From an uncultured archaeon (GTDB taxonomy: Archaea; Asgardarchaeota; Jordiarchaeia; Jordiarchaeales; Jordiarchaeaceae), in assembly GCA_964510585.1 (NCBI GenBank), contig CAZECW010000097.1, positions 1-18,638 of the forward strand: 18,638 bases of DNA, in the 5' to 3' direction. Under the pieces are notes generated by a model. It was not told where the DNA came from. It saw nothing but the letters and a program-made list of their open reading frames with translations, and made no database searches. Shown piece after piece: positions 7,880-16,484 of this stretch. How positions within the stretch are numbered: position 1 is the first letter of the stretch; each line of letters begins with the position of its first letter. The position numbers and the translations under genes were made by a program.

Positions 7880-9040
7880 TTATAGTGAGAATAGGAACTC
7901 TTCCAATCTTTTTATTCCTTCTTTTATGTCTTCCAGTGAAGCCGCGTAGCTTATCCTGAGGTGCCCCTCGCCATTGCTTCCGAAAATCCTGCCCGGCGTG
8001 AGGCATACACCCTTGCTCTCCAATAATTTTTCTGCCACTTGAAAACTGTCTCTAGAATACTCTGAAATATTTGGGAAAACATAGAATGCTCCCCTAGGCA
8101 TATGACATGAGACTCCATCAATCTGGTTTAGGGCCTTAACAATAACCTTTCTCCTCTTATCATATTCTCTCCTCATTTCCTCTACGCATTCCTGCGATCC
8201 TTTAAGTGCCTCCACAGCAGCCTTCTGCACAAAGCTGGTGGCGCAAGTTGTTGAATTTTGCTGTATCTTGGACATGGCATCAACTATTTTGGGGTGTGCT
8301 ACAGCATATCCTAGTCGCCAACCAGTCATAGAGTAGGTTTTTGAAAAGCCGTGAAAATACACGGTTTGGTCCCGAATTTCTGGGAAGCTTAAGATACTCG
8401 TGTTTCTAAATCCATCATAGGTTAGCGCATCATAAATCTCGTCCGAAAAAATGTATAAACCCTTTTCTGCCACTATGTCCACAATTGCCTTCATTTCTTC
8501 CCTTGTAAGTGCACCGCCAGTGGGATTGTTGGGAGAATTTATGATTATCACTTTGGTCTTTTCTGTTATTGCTTCCTTGATTGCCTCCTCATTGATAGAG
8601 TAATCCTCCCCAAAAAACACCTCCTTGGGAACACCCTCAGCCATTTCCACAATGTCTTTGTAGCTGGGCCAAACTGGAACCGGAATCAAAACCTCATCAC
8701 CCGGATTTATTAGAGACAAAGCAGCACAGAGAATGGAGTGCTTTCCTCCTGGAGTTACCAAAACCTGGTTAGAGTTGACCTCAGCTCCAGTCCTCCTCCG
8801 AATATCCCAAGCTATTGCCTCACGCAGTTCCGGTATCCCCTTGCTACTTGTGTACTTTACAAATCCCTCATTCATTGCCCTTATGGCTGCCTCCTTAATA
8901 TGCCGGGGAGTGTCAAAATCCGGTTCACCCACCTCTAAATGAATCACTCTCTGTCCCCTTTGTTCAAGTTCCTTGGCAATTTCCAGCATTCGGATGGTTC
9001 CCGAACCAGAAATCTTCTCCATACGCTTAGACAGCTTCAC
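7880..9040 (-). CDS. PLP-dependent class I/II (aspartate-type) aminotransferase
   Basis: LEVGEPDF, TPGGK, NSPNNPTG, SDEIYD, FSKTYSMTGWRLGY (PLP Lys), GAFYVF, LRISYA. Confidence 0.95.
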   Translation of the reverse strand: MKLSKRMEKISGSGTIRMLEIAKELEQRGQRVIHLEVGEPDFDTPRHIKEAAIRAMNEGFVKYTSSKGIPELREAIAWDIRRRTGAEVNSNQVLVTPGGKHSILCAALSLINPGDEVLIPVPVWPSYKDIVEMAEGVPKEVFFGEDYSINEEAIKEAITEKTKVIIINSPNNPTGGALTREEMKAIVDIVAEKGLYIFSDEIYDALTYDGFRNTSILSFPEIRDQTVYFHGFSKTYSMTGWRLGYAVAHPKIVDAMSKIQQNSTTCATSFVQKAAVEALKGSQECVEEMRREYDKRRKVIVKALNQIDGVSCHMPRGAFYVFPNISEYSRDSFQVAEKLLESKGVCLTPGRIFGSNGEGHLRISYAASLEDIKEGIKRLEEFLFSL

Positions 9041-9041
9041 A

Positions 9042-9072
9042 GCAATTCCTCTCCTTCAAATTAAGGAATTGC
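9042..9072. promoter_or_regulatory. 9-bp inverted repeat at the aminotransferase promoter/RBS
   Basis: GCAATTCCT(9042-50)-N13-AGGAATTGC(9064-72); minus-strand TTTAAAAA at 9086-9079; GTG start at 9040. Confidence 0.45.
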
Positions 9073-9180
9073 AACCGTTTTTTAAACATTTTGTAAAAAA
9101 TCATTCCAAAAACTGTTCCTAAGTGTGGTGTCTCAAAAATGGTTTACAAAAAAGGAAAAATGGATGAAATTGCTCCCATT

Positions 9181-9507
9181 TTAATCAGTTGATACCAGAA
9201 TATCGTTCCCTTCCACTTTAACCTTGTAAGATTTTTCATCCTTAATCTTGGGGTTGAGAGGGAATTTTGGGCCCGAAATAACCTTACCACTGGTTACATC
9301 GAATGTTGCCTTGTGTCTGGGACAGGTGACTATGTTACCAGATAATGAGCCCTTAGAAATATCTCCACCCATATGAGTACACTTGTTTCCAATAGAGTAG
9401 TATTTACCGTTTATGTTAACAATCAAAATTTCTTTTCCTTTAAGCTCAACCTTTTTCATCTTGCCGGAGGGAATCTCAGAAGCTTCTGCTACTTTTATAA
9501 ATCCCAA
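9181..9507 (-). CDS. Rieske [2Fe-2S] ferredoxin
   Basis: CTHMGG and CPRHKATFD ligand motifs; 108 aa. Confidence 0.93.
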   Translation of the reverse strand: MGFIKVAEASEIPSGKMKKVELKGKEILIVNINGKYYSIGNKCTHMGGDISKGSLSGNIVTCPRHKATFDVTSGKVISGPKFPLNPKIKDEKSYKVKVEGNDILVSTD

Positions 9508-9635
9508 AACATATTCCTCCCAAAAGCAAATTCTCTTTACTAAGCTTATATGAAAATGCGGTATATAAACAGATTGCCATTTGGGAAAAACTTGTATCCC
9601 CTTCTTTAATCCTGAACTCTATAAATGAGGAAGAA

Positions 9636-9737
9636 TCATTTAAAGCAATTTAAGGTGCTTTTTTGAAGGCATTTTTGTTCTGCTTCTTTAAGGACAAGAG
9701 GCAGCTCAAGGATTATGTTCGTGTCTATTAGAATCAA
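9636..9737 (-). pseudogene. Truncated PIN/VapC toxin
   Basis: TTG 9737 reads MILIDTNIILEL..., a PIN N-terminal motif overlapping the antitoxin end; stops after 33 codons. Confidence 0.7.
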
Positions 9738-9921
9738 TTGCTTTCACCCAAGCAGCGTGTTGAAGCTCTACAGGCGACACGTTAACCTTTAATGTACCTT
9801 TAAGGGAGCCCCAATCAACTGCCCCGCTAAACGTGAACTTTCTTATCAAATCCTCCATAGCCTTCTTCCTAAACTTTTCGGCCAATGCGCTCTCAACTTC
9901 AACCTTTACTGTTCCGGTCAT
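9706..9921 (-). CDS. VapB-like/RHH antitoxin, possibly internally deleted
   Basis: VKVEVESALAEKFRKKAME-DLIRKF and C-terminal SPVELQH; overlaps the PIN remnant; TATA TTTATATG about 25 nt upstream suggests a leaderless mRNA. Confidence 0.6.
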   Translation of the reverse strand: MTGTVKVEVESALAEKFRKKAMEDLIRKFTFSGAVDWGSLKGTLKVNVSPVELQHAAWVKAIDSNRHEHNP

Positions 9922-9959
9922 AAGTTCTTAAGTACATAAGTACCCATATAAACCCTACC

Positions 9960-10088
9960 AGCCAAAAGATTGCGTGCACTTCCCTGTTCATCTTCTTATT
10001 TAAGCATTTAAGCATCGCTCTCTCTCAGCAACTTTGCATCTCTTCAACCTGCATACAAAGCGTCAACTCTATGATCATATTTAATCAC
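9960..10088 (-). pseudogene. DUF2283-like small protein, frameshifted
   Basis: GTG 10088: MIKYDHRVDALY then, after a 1-nt shift, RLKRCKVAE, matching the YD..xDALYIRL...V.ES pattern I recall for DUF2283; 8-bp tandem duplication ATTTAAGC at 9998-10013; end coordinate approximate. Confidence 0.5.
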
Positions 10089-10449
10089 GTACTCAGGCAG
10101 TATGACATAATGATGATGAAGAGCGCGTTGTATACTCTTCTGGCTACGCTTACACACTTGATGAAGCTAAGGTTTGTGCATCGAGCACTGCAATATTAAA
10201 TCACTTCACATACTACCAAGCAAGGTTGATGAGAGAGGATGTTGAATTGAGCGTTGACTACCAGTTGATTTAGTTTTGATTTTTGCCGTTGAATCCGCGC
10301 AGTTCACAGACAGAGGTGATTTTCTTTAAACTGTTTAATAATCCTTTTTAATGATAGTCATGGCTTACGTACAGTAAGTAATACCTACCTTTTAATACAA
10401 AATCATTATGCTTACCGAGTTTTTAGATGAATTAGCCATACGTATGGGA

Positions 10450-10594
10450 TCCGACTCTAAGCATTTTTTCAATTTTTGAGTTTATTTTTTGCTTTCCGAG
10501 CTTCCTTGTGATGTAGATTCGTTCGATTTGCTTCTAAGAGGAGTGTTTATAGATCTTCTTTTTCCATTTATATTCCAAAAAGGATTAGAGTCGG
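10450..10594. repeat. 145-bp segment bounded by an 11-bp perfect inverted repeat (MITE-like candidate)
   Basis: TCCGACTCTAA (10450-60) ... TTAGAGTCGGA (10584-94); no target-site duplication visible. Confidence 0.35.
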
Positions 10595-10685
10595 ACTAAT
10601 CTATATCATTCGAACGTCCTCCTCCAAAAGTTTAAAAAAAGTCAATCTTTAATCGTTTCATCAAAATGGGCTGATGTGTGGTTTC

Positions 10686-11174
10686 ATGATTAAACTGGTT
10701 ATTTTTGATGCTGATGACACTCTTTGGACCATAGATAGAGGATTTGCAAGTCTTCTAAAACCTCCCCTAAAAAGAACGGGGTTAAACTCACTTGAGGACA
10801 CTGAGGGTAAAAAGTTGCGACTTTTTGAGGGAGTAAGAGAGCTACTAAACTTCTTGAGGGAGAAGGGTATACTTCTCTCCATTGCTAGTTCAAACCAGTA
10901 TAACCCTAACATGGTTGAGGAGTGTCTAAAAACACTGGAACTGGACTTCTTCGTCTATCCCCAAGTGAATTATAGAGACAAGGGCGAGAACGTTAAAAAC
11001 CTTTTAAACACCATCTATGAGAACCACGGAGAAAAAATCAATTACGACGAAATTATTTTCGTGGATGACAGCGAAGCACACATTTTTAATGTGAAAAACC
11101 TCTGCCCAGGAATCAAAGTTCTACATTTAGGTTCAGACATCTCAAGTGTTACCGAAATTAAAAATTACCTTTAA
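10686..11174 (+). CDS. HAD-superfamily (IIIC) magnesium-dependent phosphatase-1-like protein, copy A (alternative start 10674)
   Basis: VIFDADDTLW, SIAS, DKG, IFVDD motifs. Confidence 0.85.
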   Translation: MIKLVIFDADDTLWTIDRGFASLLKPPLKRTGLNSLEDTEGKKLRLFEGVRELLNFLREKGILLSIASSNQYNPNMVEECLKTLELDFFVYPQVNYRDKGENVKNLLNTIYENHGEKINYDEIIFVDDSEAHIFNVKNLCPGIKVLHLGSDISSVTEIKNYL

Positions 11175-11405
11175 GAATTAAAAGGATAACCCTTATAATT
11201 TTACCCTTGTTTTTAATTTTTAATTTGTATATCCTATGTTCAAAATGGTCAAAAATGTGGCTTATGCGAAGTTCTGCTGTTTTGAGGCTTTATTATGTAT
11301 ATTTCTTAAAAAAAATGTATTTTTTGCCTATTTTTTCATATTTTTTTGCGATTTTCACAATCCAAATAGTAAAATTTAAAATATTAATTTGACGCCATAT
11401 TACTA

Positions 11406-11660
11406 GTGGTAGAAATGACAACGACAGAAGTGTGGCAATACAAAATGGAACTAGAAAACGAAACCAAAAAAATGCAAGCAATAGCCCTAAAAGAAGAACT
11501 GAAAAAAATGGGGATAAGAAACGAGCAACAGGTAAAAGAACTGTGGGAAAGCTGCATAGCAAAAACACCCGCCCTCAACGGAAACTATAACTTCAACATA
11601 ACCGTAAAATTCCTAAACGCATACTGCATCACAGACATAGAACTCACACCCAAACATTAA
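11406..11660 (+). CDS. Hypothetical 84-aa protein (start may be ATG 11415)
   Basis: Open frame with protein-like charged helical N-half; no family recognised. Confidence 0.6.
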   Translation: MVEMTTTEVWQYKMELENETKKMQAIALKEELKKMGIRNEQQVKELWESCIAKTPALNGNYNFNITVKFLNAYCITDIELTPKH

Positions 11661-11927
11661 AAACCACCCAAACTCTCAAAACCACCAAATTCTATCCACA
11701 ATTCTCCCAGAGGCAAACTAACCACAAAAACGCCCCGTCCAATTTAAAATTATTCCTAGAAGACTTTAGAGCCCTCTTGAGTCTCCCAAAACTACAATAA
11801 CTAGATCCACCAACTTATGGGGAGGGTTATACTACTTCTAGCTGTCTTGCTATTTCCAAAAAGAGATAAAAATATGGTTATCTTCACTATACTACGATTT
11901 TTATAAAAAGGATGCAGAGTGGTTGCA

Positions 11928-12419
11928 ATGATTAAACTCGTGATTTTTGATGCTGATGAGACCTTGTGGGCGGCTCACGGGTACTGGGCCAGTCTACTTG
12001 TACCTCCACTAAAGAAGGTTAGCGATAGTGAAATAAGGGATTCTGAGGGGAAAAGCATCCATCTTTTCGATGGCGTAAGGCAAATACTGGAAACCCTCAA
12101 GAATAGAGGCATACTGATTTCGCTTGTCAGTATGAACGATCGGGAGCCGAACAGAGTCGCTGAGTGTTTGGAACTTTTTGGGTTAAGCCACTATTTTACT
12201 TATCCTCAAGTTAACTGGGAGGATAAGGGCCAAAACATTCTGAGAATTATAGAGCTCTTACGAAAAAATGATGGAAAAGTAATAAAGTGTGAGGAGATAC
12301 TCTTTGTAGATGACCACCTATCCAATATTGGTAAGGCCATAAAAGCTTGCCCAGGAATAAAAGCCCTCCATATTGGTACCGATATATCCCGAGTCACCGA
12401 AATAATTAACTACATATAA
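11928..12419 (+). CDS. HAD-superfamily (IIIC) magnesium-dependent phosphatase-1-like protein, copy B (alternative start 11919)
   Basis: VIFDADETLW, SLVS, DKG, LFVDD; collinear paralog of copy A. Confidence 0.85.
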   Translation: MIKLVIFDADETLWAAHGYWASLLVPPLKKVSDSEIRDSEGKSIHLFDGVRQILETLKNRGILISLVSMNDREPNRVAECLELFGLSHYFTYPQVNWEDKGQNILRIIELLRKNDGKVIKCEEILFVDDHLSNIGKAIKACPGIKALHIGTDISRVTEIINYI

Positions 12420-12612
12420 AAAAGACGGCAAGTGGGGCAGTCCGCCAATGTTTTTGGATTTTCTGGTAGACTCAAAATCTTTGGGATAGCTTAGTTTTTA
12501 TGTTTGCGAAAACTTAATATGCCTTTTAACTAGAGCGTTCTCTACTTGGAATTAAATACTCTAAATTAATGTATCAGGGTATACTTAAATACAAAATAAG
12601 GAAGTTTAGGCA

Positions 12613-13797
12613 ATGGGGCCACTTGACGGTATTAAGGTTTTAGACCTCACCCGTCTTTTACCCGGAGGTTATTGCACCCTTCTTCTGGCGGACCTTGGAG
12701 CAGAAGTCCTTAAAGTCGAAGACCCATTCTTGGGTGATTATGTTCGCTGGTATCCTCCTATAGTGGGAAAGGAAAGCGCTATGCACCACTATCTGAATCG
12801 AAACAAGAAGAGCATCACCCTCAATTTGAAGTCAGAAAAAGCCAGGGAAATCCTGTACAAACTAGTTGCCGATTACGACATTTTCATTGAAAGCTTTAGG
12901 CCGGGAGTCGTAAAAAAACTGGGTATTGATTACGAAACACTGGAAGATATAAATCCGCGATTAGTATACCTTTCGCTGACTGGATTTGGACAATATGGAC
13001 CATACAGGGAATTGCCCGGGCACGACATAAACTATATCGGAATCGCGGGGATACTAGGAATTACCGGTGAACGTAACGGGCCTCCAGTAATACCCGGCGT
13101 ACAAATTGCTGATCTCTCAGGAGGCATGTTTGCAGCCTTCTCGGTTCTTGCAGGACTAGTTTCCAGGGAAAGAACTGGCAGAGGACAATACATAGATTTT
13201 GCTATGCTTGATGGTGTAGTGTCATGGCTCTCCGTCCATGCGGCGAGATACTTTGTAGAAAAAGTTAATCCAAAAAGGGGAGAAATGCTTCTCTCAGGAG
13301 CGCTGCCCATATACAATGTTTACGAAACTAAAGACGGAAAATACATATCCATAGGCTCCCTAGAAGATAAGTTCTGGAAAAACATGTTTAAAGCCATTGG
13401 AAGAGAGGATTTAGCCCAAATCGACGAATCATTCCGGGAAATGCAACTGGACAAGCTAGACAAGGTCACAGAGGAGCTGAGAAAAATTTTTCTCACAAAG
13501 ACCAGAGATGAGTGGGTGAAACTTTTTTGGGAGAACGATGTCTGTGCAGGACCCGTTTACACCTTTGAGGAGACTTTCAACGACCCACAGGTTAAAGCAA
13601 GAAACATGGTTATAGAACTAGACGATCCCGAAGTGGGAAAGCTGAAACAGGTGGGCATCCCCATCAAGTTCTCAAAGACTCCTGGAGAAATCAGGTCACG
13701 CGCACCCCACTTGGGAGAGCACAACGAAGAAATCCTCCTTAAACTAGGCTACAGTGAAGGAGAAATAAAACAGTTAAAAAAGGAACAAGCTATCTAA
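12613..13797 (+). CDS. Family III CoA-transferase (CaiB/BaiF)
   Basis: LDGIKVLDLTRLLPG, LADLGAEVLKVE, NRNKKSITLNLK, ESFRPG, GHDINY, APHLGEHNEEIL. Confidence 0.95.
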   Translation: MGPLDGIKVLDLTRLLPGGYCTLLLADLGAEVLKVEDPFLGDYVRWYPPIVGKESAMHHYLNRNKKSITLNLKSEKAREILYKLVADYDIFIESFRPGVVKKLGIDYETLEDINPRLVYLSLTGFGQYGPYRELPGHDINYIGIAGILGITGERNGPPVIPGVQIADLSGGMFAAFSVLAGLVSRERTGRGQYIDFAMLDGVVSWLSVHAARYFVEKVNPKRGEMLLSGALPIYNVYETKDGKYISIGSLEDKFWKNMFKAIGREDLAQIDESFREMQLDKLDKVTEELRKIFLTKTRDEWVKLFWENDVCAGPVYTFEETFNDPQVKARNMVIELDDPEVGKLKQVGIPIKFSKTPGEIRSRAPHLGEHNEEILLKLGYSEGEIKQLKKEQAI

Positions 13798-13938
13798 CCC
13801 AGAACCACCAAAAAAGAGCAGACATCTAATTAACTCCTATTTTTCCTTCAGCTCCACTGTAGATTGGCATCTTATGCAACAAGTCCGGGCCTAAAAACCC
13901 ATTTTTTGTGTTTAGAAACATTGGAGGATAAATATGTT

Positions 13939-14970
13939 ATGGTGGTATCAATCAAGACCGAATTGTGCGATTTATTGGGCATTAAATATCCCATAATCCA
14001 AGCTGGGCTTGGCCCCTATTGTACGGTTAACTTGGCTGCGGCTGTTTCAAACGCTGGGGCTCTGGGAACCATTAGCATATCTGGAATGACTGTGGGGCCA
14101 GAAATTGCCTCAGAGAAAATTCGTGAGTATTTGCACACTGTGAAGAAGAAAACAAAAAACAATTTTGCTATTAACACGCCAGTGGGTGAGCATGTTCCCG
14201 AGATTATGCTCAAAACCACAGATGCCTACATAGAAACCGTGATTGAAGAAAGAGAAAAAGACCATGAGTTAAAAAGAAGATTGGTGCTGTACATTACCTC
14301 AGCTGGTTCTCCGGCTCGATACCACAAAAAAATAAAGGATTCCGGTATGCTTCACTTTCACGTGGTTCCCTCCGTGTACCACGCCAAAAAAATGGAAAAA
14401 ATGGGATTAGATGGTGTCATTGCCTCAGGTTATGAGGCAGGAGGTCATACACACCTACCCAATAGGGCGGTTCATACATTTGTATTAATTCCTTCTGTGA
14501 CAGATTCTGTTAAGATACCTGTTGTTGCAGCGGGTGGAATATGTGATGGAAAAACCTTGGTTGCGGCTCTGGCTCTAGGGGCGCAGGGAGTTCAAATGGG
14601 AACACGCTTTCTTGTAACAAAGGAGTCTGATTTTCACCCAAATTATAAAGGTTTCATTGTTGAAGCGGGGGAATGGAGTGACATGGTTGCTCCCGGAGTC
14701 TATGGACCCGCCCGCTGCTTGAGGAACAAGGGAGCAGAAGAAATCATAAAGCTAGAGGCCGAGGGTAGTCTACCAGAGGAGGAGTTAAATAAGCTTAAGG
14801 ATGAAAGACTCTGGGCATCAGAACGTGACGGCGATGTTGTCAATGGGCTGGTTAGCGCAGGTCAAGTAGCATCGAGGATAAACAATATACCCTCAGTAAG
14901 GGAGGTTATTGAAAACATTATATGTGAAGCCGCAGAAATAATTAAAAAATTAAATGGAGTTTTAAAGTAA
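13939..14970 (+). CDS. FMN-dependent nitronate monooxygenase / FabK-like oxidoreductase (ATG 13939 after GGAGGA)
   Basis: LGIKYPIIQAG, AVSNAGALG, GYEAGGH, PVVAAGGICDG, LALGAQGVQMGTRF. Confidence 0.9.
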   Translation: MVVSIKTELCDLLGIKYPIIQAGLGPYCTVNLAAAVSNAGALGTISISGMTVGPEIASEKIREYLHTVKKKTKNNFAINTPVGEHVPEIMLKTTDAYIETVIEEREKDHELKRRLVLYITSAGSPARYHKKIKDSGMLHFHVVPSVYHAKKMEKMGLDGVIASGYEAGGHTHLPNRAVHTFVLIPSVTDSVKIPVVAAGGICDGKTLVAALALGAQGVQMGTRFLVTKESDFHPNYKGFIVEAGEWSDMVAPGVYGPARCLRNKGAEEIIKLEAEGSLPEEELNKLKDERLWASERDGDVVNGLVSAGQVASRINNIPSVREVIENIICEAAEIIKKLNGVLK

Positions 14971-15041
14971 AGAAACATTTCATCATTCTTGCAACACAAA
15001 ATTTTTACTCTTAAAAATTCATTTTTGGCGGAGGCTTAATT

Positions 15042-16484
15042 TTGAGTTCAATAGTTGAGCAGCTTCACCCCCTCTACAATGCCAGGACAACTGTCATGAT
15101 TGGGCTGTCAAAAAGACTTATGAGCGTTGGCAGCATAGTCGCCCAAAATATAATTGATGGGGGCTACACTGGAAAACTTTATGCCGTGAACCCCCACTCA
15201 GAAAAAGTCTACCATGACATAAAGGCTTACCCCAAATTAAGGGATATACCTGAAGAGGTTGATTTAGCTGTTATAGTGACGCCCGCACAATTTGTACCCG
15301 AAGTAATGCAGGACTGCGTCGACAATAATGTTAAGACCTGTATCCTGATTACTGCAGGATTCTCTGAAGTGAGGACACCTGAAGGAAAAAAACTCGAGGA
15401 AGAAATAGTGAGAATAGCCAGAAGGGGCAAGCTGCGCTTCACGGGGGGAAACTGCAACGGAGTAAGCAGCATTTCGGTAAGTATGCACGCCCTCCTCTCC
15501 CCCATAAGGCCAAACTTTGGAAATGTAGGGATAATCACTCAAGGGGGCTCACCAGGAGTTGCCATGATGGGCTGGACAAAAAAATACAGAATTGGAGTGA
15601 GCAGATACACAAACGCTGGAAACGAAGCAGATGTCAAGATACCTGAACTACTTGAATATTACACCCAGGATCCCCAAACCAAGGTCATAATGATGTATCT
15701 GGAGGGCATCAAAGACGGGCGGAGATTTATGGATTCGGCCAAAACAGCCACAAGAAAAAAACCATTACTCCTTTACAAGTCGGGGACAAGCGAATTGGGC
15801 AAGAAGGCAGCTATGGCACACGTGGGCGCTCTTGCAGGGTCAAATGAAATATGTGAAGCTGTTTTCCGCCAGACAGGCATAATTCAAGCGAAAAGCATTG
15901 ACCAAATGGTGGGAATAGCTGCAGCCTTCAGCACACAGCTCCTACCCAAGGGGAGAAAAGTAGGTATACTCACAATAGGGGGAGGATGGGGTGTAGTTAC
16001 CAGCGATTATCTGGGAAAAGCGGGAATAGATGTTCCTCCCCTCCTCGAAGAAGAAGTTCAGTACTTGGACCAGTATTTACCCCCACACTGGAGTAGGGGA
16101 AACCCCATCGACACCACTGATGGAGCCTTTGATTCCAAGGTTCTTAGCGAAATCATGGAAACCCTCCTCAAAAAAGAAAATATAGACGGCGCAATACTAA
16201 TCGGGCCCGGCATGAGAGAAGCCTTCGGTAAGGTTCACTATCTCCCCGAAATAGGCGAGTTGGCATCTCAAATGGAGATTCAACTAGCAAAAGACTTAGA
16301 AAAACTTCTAGACAAATACAAGAAACCCATAATAGCAATAAAAATATACGCTCCAGAAGGTAGCCCTGCAGTCGAGGAACTAAAGCAAAGGGGAATCCCC
16401 GTCTATGAGACTCCACAAGACGGTGTAGCTGCCTATGAAGCTCTAATAAAATACTACGAGTACCAAAAAGGTAACCTTAAGTAG
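15042..16484 (+). CDS. NDP-forming acyl-CoA synthetase (acetate-CoA ligase-like) alpha subunit
   Basis: CoA-binding domain (YAVNP, VDLAVIV, ITAGFSE, GNCNG), GNEADV, YLEGIKDGRRF, AHVGALAG (phospho-His), NPIDTT; no ATP-grasp domain. Confidence 0.88.
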   Translation: MSSIVEQLHPLYNARTTVMIGLSKRLMSVGSIVAQNIIDGGYTGKLYAVNPHSEKVYHDIKAYPKLRDIPEEVDLAVIVTPAQFVPEVMQDCVDNNVKTCILITAGFSEVRTPEGKKLEEEIVRIARRGKLRFTGGNCNGVSSISVSMHALLSPIRPNFGNVGIITQGGSPGVAMMGWTKKYRIGVSRYTNAGNEADVKIPELLEYYTQDPQTKVIMMYLEGIKDGRRFMDSAKTATRKKPLLLYKSGTSELGKKAAMAHVGALAGSNEICEAVFRQTGIIQAKSIDQMVGIAAAFSTQLLPKGRKVGILTIGGGWGVVTSDYLGKAGIDVPPLLEEEVQYLDQYLPPHWSRGNPIDTTDGAFDSKVLSEIMETLLKKENIDGAILIGPGMREAFGKVHYLPEIGELASQMEIQLAKDLEKLLDKYKKPIIAIKIYAPEGSPAVEELKQRGIPVYETPQDGVAAYEALIKYYEYQKGNLK

